64,000 bases of DNA from Octopus vulgaris (GCA_951406725.2 OX597828.1:19964001-20028000); one strand, 5' to 3'. Positions 39,740-54,494 are shown, counted from the stretch's first letter. A program made the numbers and translations. Notes: generated by a model from the sequence alone, not told the origin.

Positions 39740-39758
39740 GTGCATGTATGTGTGTATG

Positions 39759-39862
39759 TCATTATCTAGTTTTATTTCAAGATTTCTTGCCAATAGAGAA
39801 TAATTCTGTTTCTAATCTACATTCAATCTAACATTCGTTAGAATTTCAACAACTTCATTTTT
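39759..39862 (-). mobile_element. 3' UTR end of the TACA-associated RLE family
   Basis: Reverse complement GTTGAAATTCTAACGAA..TTAGAAAC..TTCTCTATTGGCAAGAAATCTTGAAATAAAACTAGATAATGACATAC matches 4878-4965; long TACA-type tract 39863-40262 upstream. Confidence 0.7.
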
Positions 39863-39891
39863 TATGTATATATGTATGGTATTTTTTTATG

Positions 39892-39925
<34 letters not shown>

Positions 39926-40495
39926 TGTATGTATGTATGCATGCATACATGCATGTAGGTATCCATGTATGTATATATGTATGAATGCATGTATGTATGC
40001 ATACATGCTTGTATGCATGTATGTATGCATGCATGCATGCTTGTTTGCATATATGTATGTATATATGTATGAATGTATGAATGTATGTATGTGTGTATTC
40101 ATGTATGCATGCTTGTTTGTATGTATGTATGCATGTATGTATATATGTATGTATGTATGAATGTATTTATGTATGTATGTATGTATGTATGTATGTATGT
40201 ATGTATGCATGTATGTACGTATGTATGTATGTATGTACGTATGTATGTATGTATGTATGTATGCTCAGCGATATTGATTCCGGTTATTTACGTTATGAGT
40301 TCAAATCCTAACGAGGTCAACTGTGCCTTTCATCTTTTGAGGGTGATAAAATAAGTCCCATTTGGGCACTGGGTTTGACGTAAGCGATTTGTCCCCACTC
40401 CTAGTATTTCAGGCGTTGTACCTTTAGAAAAGGTTATTATTGTATTCGGTTGCATCTGTTGTATAGGCTGCAATACACTAACAGAACTATTATTA

Positions 40496-40578
<83 letters not shown>

Positions 40579-40583
40579 AATAT

Positions 40584-41108
40584 TGAGTGAGAGCGCGCAG
40601 TGTATGCCATCAAAGTGTAAAAGTATACGAAGCCCAGTATATCCATCATGACTACTCGTCCGATAAGGGTGCACTAGGTACATACATTACAACCATATGT
40701 GCGTAACATGGTGATCTTATATCAAGATAAACAGCATGCTCATGCAGGTGGGGCCTGCAAGGTGGGCCTCTGGTCGAGTTGCTCATCCCACTCAAAAGGT
40801 CCCTGAATAAGATTTGTTTAAGGATGATAAACGAAGCACCCATGTTTACAGAGGTGAGTTATTCAACCCCCACCCAATTCCTCACAACACATAGCTCTGG
40901 TGTTCCCCCATTACTTCTGCTCGTGACCAGAAATGCACAAGTCGTCAACCATTAAGGGACATGCTCAACTGGTTAAGATCAAGCAAGTGACAAATCTGTG
41001 GTATTGAGCAGAATATTTGCTGTAGCCTATCATTTATACCAAGACAAATCACGTACATGGTAGCACTGGCAATTAGTTAAGATTAGAAGCCAAGAGAGGC
41101 ACTGCCTA
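40584..41108 (-). mobile_element. second copy of the 550-bp TAA-bounded element
   Basis: Colinear with 11262-11812 (e.g. CATCCCACTCAAAAGGTCCCTGA, GGGACATGCTCAACTGGTTAAG, AAATCTGTGGTATTGAGCAGAATATTTGCT); (TTA)n on the left. Confidence 0.85.
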
Positions 41109-41408
41109 TATTTTTATCATCATTTAAGGCTGGCAGAACCGTGAGCACGCCAGGCAAAACGCTTAACAGTATTTCGCCCGTCTTTACTTTCTGAGTTCAA
41201 ATTCTGCCGAGGTCAACATTAGCATTTATCATTTCGGAATCGATAAAACAAGTAACAGTTGAGCACTTGGGACAATGTATTGCCTTAATCTCTCCGCTAG
41301 ATTTGCTGACTTTGTGTCAAAATTTGGAACCATTTTAAATGTCTGTTATGAAATGACAGTGAGAGGTGCAACCGAGCAGGGTCAGAAAATGTCATGCGGT
41401 ATTTAGAT

Positions 41409-41645
41409 AAGGCGGCGTTCTGGCAGAAACGTTAGCACGCCGGGCGAAATGCGTAGCCGTATTTCGTCTGCCGTTACGTTCTGAGTTCAAATTCCATCGA
41501 GGTCGACTTTGCCTTTCATCCTTTCAGGGTCGATAAATTAAGTACCAGCTATGCACCGGGGTCGATATAATCAACTTAATCCGTTTGTCTGTCCTTGTTT
41601 GTCCCTTCTGTGTTTAGCCCCTTGTGGGTAGTAAAGAAATAGAAA
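41409..41645 (+). mobile_element. SINE family B, full length
   Basis: Complete head/core/tail; flanking direct repeat GGTATTTAG. Confidence 0.9.
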
Positions 41646-41749
41646 TAGGTATTTAGCTACGTTTCCTTCGGTTTTAATTACAATATCCGCTGTGTGGTAG
41701 AAAGCGTGGCAGTTGCCCTCTACTAGAGCTTCGGACTGACTAAAACATT

Positions 41750-42290
41750 CCGAGTGGATTTGGTAGACAGAAGAAACTGAAAGAAGCCTGTCGTATATAT
41801 ATATGATATGTGTGTGTGTGGGAGTGGGGCGAATGTGCTGTGTGTGTGTGTGGCTTTACGTCTGTATTTGTCCCCCACCACCGTTTGACAACCGGTGTTG
41901 GTGTACTTACGTCCCCCTTACTTAGCTCTTCGGGTAAAAAAGACTGATAGAATAAGTAGTATGCTTTAAAAAGAAAGTACTTGTGCCGATTGGTTCGACT
42001 AAAGCCTTTGCAAGAGCGTGCTTCAGCATGGCCACAGACGAATGACTGAAACAAAGAAAAGATACAAGACAACAAATAAATTGTATACAAAGATTAAAAT
42101 ATTTTTCTGCATTACTCTTTTCTTTTCTTATTTCTTTAATCGAGCAAATCGACCCCAGGACATTTCTTTGTAAGCCTAGTACTTATTCTATCGGTCTCTT
42201 TTGCTGAACCTCTCAGTTACGAGGTGGTAAACACACCAACATCGGTTGTCAAGGGTTAGTGGAGGGGAGAAACACAGACTCACACACACA

Positions 42291-42328
<38 letters not shown>

Positions 42329-42342
42329 TATATATGTACATA

Positions 42343-42439
<97 letters not shown>

Positions 42440-42468
42440 GTATATACATATATGTATATGTATATATG

Positions 42469-42540
<72 letters not shown>

Positions 42541-42705
42541 TATGTATACGACGGTTTTCTTTCAGTTTCCGTCTACCAGATCCATTCAGAAGGCTGTGGT
42601 CGTCCCGCGGCTATAGCAGAAGACACTCACCCTAGGTGCCACGCAGTGGGATTGAACCCGAACGCAAGTGATTGGTAAGCGAGCTTCGTACCACACAGCC
42701 ACTCA
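41750..42705. mobile_element. two SINE-C copies tail-to-tail (41750-42065 +, 42135-42705 -)
   Basis: Family-C sequence in opposite orientations ~70 bp apart; second has an expanded CA/TA linker. Confidence 0.82.
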
Positions 42706-42816
42706 TTGCAGATAAATTTTAACAACGAAATCTTATATGGAACTCCAAGGGCCTTATGAACCCCTGTTGAGAACGGCTGATGTGAACGATACGATGTATA
42801 ATTGTAGTGATGGCGG

Positions 42817-42857
<41 letters not shown>

Positions 42858-43469
42858 TTTCTTTTCGTTGTTATTTCCTTTGTTGTTCAGCTCTCAATCA
42901 GCCCTCATCAAGGAAACCCGTGATCAAAACAAAAAAAATTTCTAGCGATGTTGTTCAGAAATAATTCATATTTTTATTTTGGTTCCAAAAATACTGTGTG
43001 GCGGATTTAACATTATCTCATTCGTTTATCTGCATAACAATATTTGTCCTCATCATTTTATAAACGCCAAATACTACTTCATAATTCTTCATGTAATTTA
43101 TTTTTAATCTTTTAGAAAGAAAGTTATGTATTTTTTTATGGAATAAATAGCTACCATAGGTCAGTAATATCAGATATAAATAGCAAATTATTGTGTAAAG
43201 TTATATTTAGCAGGAAATACAGAGAAATAAACGAATAAAAGATATGACGGAACAAGAAGTTAAATGTGTGAAAAAAAAATGAATAACAAACAAAAAAGAC
43301 AACGCCAAACACATTCACTTAGACAAAGATACACACACATACACTTACATATACACAAGCACACACACACACACACGCACACACGTATATACACATATAT
43401 ACACAGACAGAAGCTCAAATCAGTTTTTAATTTCGTCTTTCGTACACGGACTGTAACTCTAAATCGTGA

Positions 43470-43589
<120 letters not shown>

Positions 43590-43594
43590 GTCTG

Positions 43595-43631
<37 letters not shown>

Positions 43632-43717
43632 TTATCTATCTATCTATCTAGCTATCCTTATCCCTTCTAATTTCTAAATCTTTCTGTCTGCTTTTTTCTC
43701 AATATATGTATATATAA

Positions 43718-43799
<82 letters not shown>

Positions 43800-43809
<10 letters not shown>

Positions 43810-43980
43810 ATTAGAGACAAAACCACTATTAGGCAAATCAAACAATGAAAGACTTAAGCCAATACATATGATTAATTTAAATTATTTAAATATATAACAA
43901 AATTATTAAAAAAATATAATTAATATCACACTACGATCGTTTCATGCCTGCTAACATCTTCAAATTTTTGAGTCGCAGTC
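43800..43980 (-). mobile_element. Penelope-type terminal fragment in (TA)n with hammerhead-like motif
   Basis: Shares ATTAGAGACAAAACCACTATTA.GCAAATCAAACAA.GAAAGACTTAA with 18220; minus strand TTGAAG-ATG..CAT-GAAA-CGATCG-TA. Confidence 0.55.
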
Positions 43981-44052
<72 letters not shown>

Positions 44053-44055
<3 letters not shown>

Positions 44056-44411
44056 GGCGTAAGAGTGACTGTGTGGTAAGTAGCTTGTTTACCAACCACA
44101 TGGTTTCGGGTTCAGTCCCACTACGTAGCAACTTGGGCATGTCTTCTACTATAGCCTCGGTCGACCAAAGCCTTGTGAGTGGATTTGGTAGACGGAAACT
44201 GAAAGAAGCCTGTCGTATATATGTATATATGTGTGTGTGTGTGTATATGTTTGTGTGTCTGCGTTTGTCCCCCAACATCGTTTGACAACCGATGCTGGTG
44301 TGTTTACGTCCTCGTAACTTAGTGGTTCGGCAAAAGAGACCGATAGAATAAGTACTAGGCTTACAAAGAATAAGTCCTGGGGTCGACTTGCTCGACTAAA
44401 GGCGGTGCTTC
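44053..44411 (+). mobile_element. SINE family C, 3' end cut just before the Helitron
   Basis: tRNA-like head GGGTTCAGTCCC, CORE-like CTTGGGCA.GTCTT, TA/TG linker, tail to CGACTAAAGGCGGTGCT. Confidence 0.88.
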
Positions 44412-44421
44412 CTGGAAGGGA

Positions 44422-45075
44422 TCCTTATATATAGTCAAGGGAAATAACCCATTCATTTTTCTAAATTATTTAGTGAAAAATGAAATTCAGTATGCTTATT
44501 TCTTAGTATTTGAATTGTTAGAGTTATTTTCGCAATTTATCCAGTATACCCCTTAAACAAGTAAGTAGTATTTTCCTAAACAATAGATCCACTTATTTCG
44601 GTTAGTGACTTATTCACGAATATACCAACACTAGTGACCCTGAGTGCAATATTCTCTGAGAATGCACCAAAGTCCTTTTCAGAGTGATTTACTTTGAATT
44701 GTTATTATCTCATATCTCATTAGCCTGTTATTACGTAACTTTCTTCACAGTTTTAGTCTACATACCTTAGTATTTCCTCTTATTGGAACGCATTAAAGCC
44801 CTTTTCGGGGCTACTTTACTTAAATTCTTACTATCTGATAAGTAATTTCATGTTATTACATAACTGACTTCACACTTTGGGTATTCATAACTTATTGGGA
44901 AATCCTAAAAACAAGATCCTGTGTAAAGACATTTCGGTATTCTCTGTAAATGCACAAAAACGGTTTTAAGGGCTACATACCTTGTATTGTTGTTATTGGA
45001 TTAGCGAAATAGTTATGACAATGGAACCAAGAGATCAGCCCCACCTTACCTAGAATTACTGGGTACGTCAGCTAG
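44422..45075 (+). mobile_element. non-autonomous Helitron
   Basis: A|TCCTTATATATA 5' end; subterminal hairpin TACCTAG-AATTA-CTGGGTA then CGTCAG-CTAG|T; internal ~120-bp imperfect tandem repeats. Confidence 0.7.
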
Positions 45076-45123
45076 TATATACATATACACACACATATAC
45101 CCATATATGCACATGTATGTGCA

Positions 45124-45154
<31 letters not shown>

Positions 45155-45258
45155 GGCACTCATGATGATCTACATGTCTGTGCGAATGTATGTACGTAGG
45201 TGTAGCGTTGTATATAGAGAAAGAAATTTATAAATAGACAGGTCTATCTATCTATCTC

Positions 45259-45351
<93 letters not shown>

Positions 45352-45363
45352 ATATATATATAT

Positions 45364-46218
45364 ATATTGATCAGAAATAAAAGCATGATGCCAAGGATTC
45401 AGCGGTACATATGTTTCGCCTTTATTAAACAGATTTATAACAATGCATAATGTATGTCTGAGCCCCTTCAGCCGCGCACAACAGCTTCCACAAGGACATG
45501 TGTTACATCAAAAATTCTTGGTTGGGGATGAGCATATTCTGTTGTATGTATGTATATATGCGCATGTGTGTGGGTGTATATGTGTTTATGTACATGTTTA
45601 CACGTGAGTGCGTATGTATGATTATATGCTTGGAGTTGTGTATGCGCGCGTATATGTGCGCGTGTATATGGGTGTATGTATCCATGCTGGTATGTATGTA
45701 CAAGATGACCACTTAATTCAAAAAACTAGATTAACCGCTCAACAGTTCTGATTTACAATACACTAGGTCCCCAGACGACCCTGTTGATTTATTATATTTT
45801 ACATTTTTATCATTTTTATTCCTATTTTTATTTCTATTTCTATTTTTACTTTATAACCTTATGCCTTTATATTCATTTATATTTTTTTATATTCTTTATA
45901 TCCCCTTTATATCTCCTTATATCTCTTTATATCTTTATACTTTACATTTTTATATTTTTCTATACTTACACTTTTTATATATTTTTTATCCTTCGCCCCT
46001 CCATCTTTACCCCTATTTACTCTTATTACCAGGTTCCTTCACGTCTATATATGTATTTATTTATTATTTTATTTACATTACTGTCTAATAAAGGCCCGAA
46101 ATATATGTACTGCTGAATCCTTGGCATCGTGCTTTTATTTTGATCAATTTACTCCACCACCTATACCACCAAACGGTATACACAGGTGCTTATAATTATC
46201 ACGTACTCACCCCGAATT

Positions 46219-46220
<2 letters not shown>
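45364..46220 (+). mobile_element. fold-back element between TA-type tracts (inverted ~70-bp segments 45364-45435 / 46080-46150)
   Basis: TTGATCAGAAATAAAAGCATGATGCCAAGGATTCAGCGGTACATATGTTTCG vs CGAAATATATGTACTGCTGAATCCTTGGCATCGTGCTTTTATTTTGATCAA. Confidence 0.7.
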
Positions 46221-46308
<88 letters not shown>

Positions 46309-46315
46309 AAGAAAA

Positions 46316-46355
<40 letters not shown>

Positions 46356-46790
46356 ATGAAACTCAGAAATTGAGACGACCCCTACCCTGTCTCCCTCCCA
46401 CTGCATTCGACTCCGGAAAAACTGTTAAACTCTATTCTATTCGATATTTACTTCCAAAACCTATATTTCCATAATCATTTTATACTTTTGTTCATCTGAT
46501 TTGATTCTCACCAACACCTCCGCCCAACTTATACCACGTTGTACACAATATAACTTTTATACAAACCATGATATTTTCCCGGAAATATAAATACTATTTG
46601 GAATATAATTCTCTTTCGAATCTAATAAAAGTAAAATACGATAGACGTAACACATAGCTGAATGGTAGGAGATTTAAAAGCCATAATAAGTGTGTGAGAT
46701 CTGATTTTGTATTAACAATAAAAGGTGATGGATTATCTATATATAGAATTAAGAGAGATAATTATACGCTGCCTTCTTCTGTGTCTTGCT

Positions 46791-46837
<47 letters not shown>

Positions 46838-47157
46838 TTCCTCTCTCTCTCGCTCATTTCAATTCTGTCTATTCAAGAGGGTGGTCAAAATATACTGTGT
46901 TAAACATATTTTAAACAAGTTGTGAAGGGCAGAGTGCTTCCAAAATCTTTAGATGTTTTGCAGCTGTTGTTTAGGGTCGTTACGTTATGACATTTTTTTG
47001 TCTGAGGTCAAATTTTGCCTCTCAACTAGCTAGAATCAATAATACGAGGTTACCTAAAATAACTTCAACACTATCTACATACCGTTCCCAGTATATATCA
47101 TCATCATCATCATCATCATCGTTTAACGTCCGCTTTCCATGCTAGCATGGGTTGGAC

Positions 47158-47231
<74 letters not shown>

Positions 47232-47232
<1 letters not shown>

Positions 47233-47538
47233 GAGTCGCAATGGCCCAGTGGTTAGGGCAGCGGACTTGTGGTCTTAGGATCGCAATTTCGATTCCCAGA
47301 CCGGGCGTTGTGAGTGTTTATTGAGCGAAAACACCTAAAATCTCCACGATGCTCCGGCAGGGGGGGGTGGTGATCCCTGCTGTACTCCTTCACTACTCTT
47401 TCTCCCAGTCTTGCTTCTGTTGGCCTGCTCGCTTAGCCAGCGGGGTGGCGTCATTCAAAGGCTAAAACGATGAGAACGCATTGTAACCAGCGATGTGTAA
47501 CAACATCTGATGGTCTGGTCGGCCACGTGATCACGTGG
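47232..47538 (+). mobile_element. SINE family A with a third tail type
   Basis: Head as 8661; tail GCTTAGCCAGCGGGGTGGCGTCATT..CATCTGATGGTCTGGTCGGCCACGTGATCACGTG; sits in a TA/TG tract. Confidence 0.85.
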
Positions 47539-47593
<55 letters not shown>

Positions 47594-47878
47594 GTGTGCA
47601 TGTATATTGATGTCATATATGTGGGCCGGAGAAAACTAATTGTAATTAGGAAAACTCTAAGCTCTCCTTTGTCAGCTAGCTTATTGTGGGAGTATGCTGC
47701 AACAAAGATACTTTGAACCAAACCCAGATTCACATATTGTACATCTACTGGAGATGGATATGACCAGCGTTGCTTCGTTTCATGTATATATCATCAAGAT
47801 CGTGGTAATGCGCCGAAGGATGGATGGGTAAATTCTGAGAACTTTCGGAACAAGGGACCAGCAGACAATGCTTGTCCT

Positions 47879-48967
47879 ATACTCTTTACTCTTTTACTCG
47901 TTTCAGTCATTTGACTGCGGCCATGCTGTTTGCACCGCCTTTAATCGAGCAACTCGACCCCAGGACTTATTCTTTGTAAGCCCAGAACTTATTCTATCGG
48001 TCTCTTTTACCGAACCGCTAAGTGACGGGGACATAAACACACCAGCATCGGTTGTCAAGCAATGCTAGGGGGACAAACACAGACACACAAACACACACAC
48101 ATACATACACACATATATATATACGTATATACGACAGGCTTCTTTCAGTTTCCCTCTACCAAATCCACTCACAAGGCATTGGTCGGCCCGGAGCTATAGC
48201 GGAAGACACTTGCCCAAGATGCCACGTAGTGGGACTGAACCCAGAACCATGTGGTTGGTTAGCAAGCTACTTACCACACAGCCACTCCTGCGCCTATGGA
48301 GGCCATTCAATTTTTTTTGACGTCTGGATTACTACTCCCAACTATGGTCACCGCACAGAGTCAAATTAAAAGCGGATCTCGAGGTAGTTTAGCGATGCGA
48401 CACCAACAAAATTGCATCAATGAAACGGAGGAACTAATGGAAAAGACAGGAAGATATTTGAGAGATATGGCCTGATGCACATCTGGAATATGCGGCTCTT
48501 TAAATTCTTAGTTTAAATGCCATTGAACCCAACTTTACTTCTCATCTTTTCGAAGTTCATAAAAAAGTACCATAGGCGCAGGAGTGGCTGTGTGGTAAGT
48601 AGCTTGCTATCCAACCACATGGTTCCGGGTTCAGTCCCACTGCGTGGAATCTTGGGCAAGTGTCTTCTGCTATAGCTCCGGGCCGACCAATGCCTTGTGA
48701 GTGGATTTGGTAGACGGAAACTGAAAGAAGCCTGTCGTATATATGTATATATGTATATGTATGTGTGTTTGTCCTTCTAGCATTGCTTGACAACTGATGC
48801 TGGTGTGTTTATGTCCCCGTTACTTAGCGGTTTGACAAAATAGACCGATAGAATAAGTACTAGGCTTACAAAAAGAATAAGTCCCGGGGTCGAGTTGCTC
48901 GATTGAAGGCGGTGCTCCAGCATGGCCGCAGTCAAATGACTGAAACAAGTAAAAGAGTAAAAGAGTA
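47879..48967. mobile_element. two full SINE-C copies head-to-head (47879-48297 -, 48571-48967 +)
   Basis: Both complete from CATAGGCGCAGGAGTGGCTGTG to GTAAAAGAGTAAA.GAGTA; ~273-bp spacer. Confidence 0.92.
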
Positions 48968-49326
48968 ATCCGGTGTGCTGGATTAGCAAAACTGTAAGGG
49001 AATCGGGCTGGTTGCCGTGTAGTATTTCTTCTGGTTTTTGTGTTTCGAGTTCAAATCTTCCCAAAGGGTACTAAGGTGATAGTCTTAATCTGTCGCAAGC
49101 TTTAACACAACTGTCTACCACCTTGTGTAGCGTTCCTCACTATGTTACAAGTATTCGAGCATCTCAAATTATACTCAAACCCAATATCTCGGGTTGAGGA
49201 TAATTTCCATTGCGTAGCACATTCGGTAAGTGGTTTCCGTTATAGCTTCGGGTCAGACCAATGCCTTGCGAGTGGATTTGGCAGGCAAATTTTATGTGGA
49301 AACCAGCCGTACACTCACATATACGA

Positions 49327-49357
<31 letters not shown>

Positions 49358-50970
49358 AATATATATGTCTTGGTGTCTGTATATTTTTGTATGTATGTAT
49401 GTATGCATAGATGTTTTATGCAACTATGTATGTATGTATGTATGTTTGTATGTATGTATGCATAGATATTTTATGTATGTATGTATGTAAGTATGTATGT
49501 ATGTATGTAAGTATGAATGTATGTATGTATATATGTATGTATGTATATATGTATGTATGTATGTGTGTGTTTGTATTTGATTTTGTTTTTCTCACCCCTC
49601 AACGACTGGGTTGATTTGTTTACTTCCCTATAACATAGTGTTTCGGCAAAAGCGACCGATACAATAAGTATCACACTTAAAAAAAATTTACTTTTTCTGA
49701 TTTACTCGACTAACACAATAAGGCTCTGTTCCAGTCTGGTCACAATCCAATGACTGAAACCTGTAAAATACTAAAAGAATAACGGTCTCAGAAATTCTTA
49801 GATGGCGTTGGCGAAAAGGTTTTACAGTAATTTCGGATATTTAGAAAGAATCTGGAGACTTAAATAAATCCTTTAATATCATTGTGTTGAACAAGTTTCA
49901 ATTGACCTAGTTCTTTTCTGAGTCACACTGTATAAGAACGCCAGGATATACGAGTCCTAGGAGTCCTGGGACTATTTACCAATTTCCGTGGTGTATTATT
50001 GACCGAGATCACAGTATTGCATCCTCTCCACTGAAAAGGGACGTTTCTCCGTTGCAGGTATCACTGGAGCCGTTGCTCCAGTTGAGCTGGTCAGCACGTT
50101 GGCTGCGTGAATAGTAACTGAAGAAATCCCGCGAGCATTGAACTGAAATATTTGTTGCCGGTCATTAAGATTTTTAGTGCTGGCGAATTACATTGAAAAA
50201 TATTAATAATTGAGTAAGGGAAAGACTTCTCTAAAATTAAAGAACGCTATCTGTGCAGCAAAATGCGACGTGTCCCAAAAGATACGAAGTCATCTGCGCA
50301 AATCTTCGTGGTGATAAAGTTCTGTTGGCCGTCCCCTCTCGAAACTACGCACCAAAGGTTTTTCACTGGGGACACAATGTGTTATTTTAGAATAATCAAG
50401 GACATATCACGCCACAGCCTCCTGCTGGTTGATCGATTTATATACCGATTACGTGAAACTATGGTGCTTCATTCGTGGTCTCTGACCGAATATCTAGCGA
50501 TTAGATTTCAAATTAATGCTGAACAAGGTTATTCACTTATAGATGATGACCACCTGGTCTGAAAATCGAACCCATGGTCTTGCGTGCAACTTTTAAGCAT
50601 TAGATCACGCACATTCACTCTACATCGATCCATACATCCATTCACCCAGACATGCACACACACACACACATACATAAACATAGAGACACTCATACATAAA
50701 TACATGCATTCATATATATATATATATATATGATGGTCGTCCCACGTAGTCCGAGAAAGACTTCTGTAATTTCTGACAGAACGACCTGCCCAAATGCTGT
50801 TTTTACAGTGATCAAATGTATACTATGTACATTAGCTCATCCCCTCGATCAAATCGATATTGTCTGGACAGGTGCACAGTGTATCACACGCCAGGTGTCG
50901 AAGTGATTGCGGCGCAATGTGAGATGAAGGGATTTACCCAATAGCACAACGTACATCAGGTCCAGGAGTC

Positions 50971-51350
50971 CCAGTGAAAATACTCTATAAAATGTAAACA
51001 CAATAGATCTGATATAATGATTCTGGGATAGAGAAGAGAAACTGTGTACAGCTGCGGAAATTAGCTGCCCAGTGAATGTTAGCATACAGCTAAAGAACAG
51101 CGAAAAGGGAATACCTACGCTGAACTATTGAGAAATCTGCAGTTACTCTATCCAGATTACAAGTTCAGCGCTATGCCTGTAATTATTGGGGTACTGCGAT
51201 ATGTAACACACTGCCTTGAGAAATGAAGCCTTTCAAAACTAGAAAGGAGAAAACTGATTAGAAGACTACAGTTCCAAGCCATCACTGGAACTGTAAAATC
51301 TGTAAAACTTTCCAGAAGTTTATCATATGTACTTAATACGTAATAATGAC
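50971..51350 (+). mobile_element. second RLE-domain fragment of the 4103 family
   Basis: ATAAAATGTAAACACAATAGATCTGATATAATGATT..GGAAATTAGCTGCCCAG..CCTGTAATTATTGGG colinear with 4147-4660; ends AATAATGACATGCATACAT. Confidence 0.8.
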
Positions 51351-51358
51351 ATGCATAC

Positions 51359-51405
<47 letters not shown>

Positions 51406-51929
51406 TGTCTGTATGTCTGTCTGCCTGTCTGTATGTATGTATGTATGTATGTATGTATGTATGTACGTACGTATGTATGTATTAAAAACATAATATACAC
51501 CATATATTTCATAGCATTGGCATGTATAATAAAAGAACCATTAACTGCATTTACAAATTTATATCACGATGTATAAAACTAAAACTTTATATATTCTTTA
51601 AAAAAATCTTTACATGGCTTTTAAAATAATTATCCTATATAAAAATCTCCAGCGTATTTTCGATATACACACATCAAGAAAAAAATAAGCCACAGTAGAT
51701 CTCAATTAAATATAAAGCAACACGTAAAGACAAACAATCACGTCAGTAATTCCAGTGAAATTCTCCATGAAAAACGCGTTTGTTGAGTTTAACACCTTTC
51801 ATTCATCGTAAAACTGAACTCATTCGCCCCCCAGCCAACGTTTCCTACACCATGTTGCTGGCTTCTCTCCAAATCTGTTTCCATGTTATTCTTTATCTGT
51901 CTTTCTCTCTCCCCTTCTCTCCCACTCTC

Positions 51930-52006
<77 letters not shown>

Positions 52007-52276
52007 GCCTCTCCAACTTACACCTCTGAGACGCGATTGTTGAAATATTGCGACAAATGTGCTGTAAAATACAGTCCATCGAACTGTAGTAGAAATCAAT
52101 AATCGTATTTACAAATCCGTATGTGTGTGTATGTGTATGTGTGTATATATATATATATGTATGTGTGTGGGTGTGTGTGTACATTTATATATATTTGTAT
52201 ATATATATGTATATAGGTTTGTATATATGTGTTTATAAATATGGACGTTTATCCACACACACACACACACGTACAC

Positions 52277-52355
<79 letters not shown>

Positions 52356-52531
52356 CGCAAACAAACTTAGGCAATCAGGCATATAAGCAGAAATTGATGA
52401 TTTTTATCTGTACAGTCACAGGCATATTCAAACTCACGCGCGCGAACACACATGTATGAACACACATGCACACATGCACATATGCGCACGCTCACAAACT
52501 AACATACACACACATACAGAGAGAGTGAGGT

Positions 52532-52588
<57 letters not shown>

Positions 52589-52751
52589 AAGAGAAATAAA
52601 GAAAAATACCTATGCATACATAAATAAAGTAAATTGGTTTACCGTCATTTTCGGCGATGCGGAATTTAGTCGTTCAATAATCTGAACTACTTATTTCTTA
52701 TTTTACAATTCAAATGGCTGAGTATTCCAAAGACATATGGAATTTTGTCAT

Positions 52752-52847
52752 AATCTATGTGACACAGAATCTATGTGACACAGAATCTATGTGACACAGA
52801 ATCTATGTGACACAGAATCTATGTGACACAGAATCTATGTGACACAG
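52752..52847. repeat. 16-bp tandem repeat x6 (AATCTATGTGACACAG)
   Basis: Six identical units inside a degenerate reverse SINE-A tail. Confidence 0.95.
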
Positions 52848-54432
52848 TATGTGATAAAGTTGAACTTTTGCAAAAAAGTGACCTCTAACCTATAGGCTTT
52901 CATTTAGTTTTACACGCAACGCTAAACCTACCATTCACACCTGTCGTTCCCAACCTGGACCCATATGACCCCAGGATGTAGTGATGAAGTTCCTTCCCGA
53001 CTCCCATAGACTCATAAGGGCCAGTTTCCTAGTCTTCTTGATTTATAAATTCTCCAGCTGGAGAAGTGAATGTGAGAAAAAGAAAACAGGAATTTTGAAA
53101 AGTATCTATAAAACTAATATTTTAGCATCGAATAGCTATGGAGGTCTACCAGTATAGAATAGCAATCACAGAGGTCTGTAGCTAAAAATGGTTTGTGTGG
53201 TGTGTATATGCTGAGTCTAACGGGTCCTAGGTATGATTTTAAACTGCATCCGGTAGAAGGGCTCTCGTTTAGGAGTTCCAGGGTGTTGGGGAGTGTTGAA
53301 TCACCTCTTGTTTGTAAGTCTACAATGATCCGGTTTCAAAGGACCTGTTAGGGTCCTAGCTATAGGTTAACGGGCATATGAGCGACGGGACCTAGAAATA
53401 GTCAAGTTAGTGGCATAGAGAACAGTAAACCCACTGAGAGTAAGAGACCCCTGGTTTTTCTTAAGTCATCCCTTAAGAAAAGTGTAACAAGTATATAAAA
53501 CCCGCTGCTCTAGTGAGCCAGATATCTCTAAATCCAGACACTATATCTAAAAAATATTCAGTGTGTTCGCATGAAAAACTGTATTCGCTTGAAAAAACTG
53601 TTTTAATACACTTTGGAACTTCCAGTGAATACATAAATTCGAGGAACTAGATTTTTTTCTTTATTCCCACACTTCAAAAAAGACATCTTGTCGGAATTAA
53701 AAAGTAGATGACAGGACACTTAGTAAACCATTAACATTTGGTTTCAGTCTGCTTGGCATCGAGTTATGGTAACTTGGTTGTCACCCTTGTGTTTTTCTTT
53801 TCTGTTTTCCTCTGTACAAGCGTCTCCTGATTTAAATGTTATCTGCTCAAAAGACAACGGACAAACAGTCTTGCTTATAGCTTGATAAATGGCAATTTAA
53901 ATTAGTTTTGAACAGGAAACCCTGGGTAGATATAATTGTAAGATTTACGGCTTTTAGTTTAACATTATCATTACTCACTTAGCTGATCGAGAGCTCTTCA
54001 ACATGTTGAAGCATTACCACATACATAACACACACGAGTGTCAGTCCACATATTTAGTTCAAATTGCATGTCTAAACAGGCCGCTCCGACTCCCCAAGGT
54101 CTATCCACATAATTAGATGGTTAAAGAGAGAGAAATAGAGTGAGAGAGAGAGAGAGAGAGAGAGAAGGAGAGGAGCGAATTTAAAAGGAATTTAAAATAG
54201 CTTTCTGTTCAGAATCACTTTAAGTCACGTGGCTGTTTTAACTCTATTAGTGACATTACTTTTCTTTCGTTGCGTACTCTACGTGGTAGATCACAGGCGA
54301 TGTTAGAGTCAGTTAGTCGACTGTCTGTAGGGTATTTCTTTTTCCGTGACAGTATTTTCATTGAGACCTTCAAATAATGCAGGAGACTCACTCAACGCAC
54401 GAACGCACACGCACATCCACACGTGCCCCCAT

Positions 54433-54494
<62 letters not shown>

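Noticed and set aside
52752-52847. CRISPR-like short repeats
   Set aside because: Head-to-tail 16-mers without spacers.
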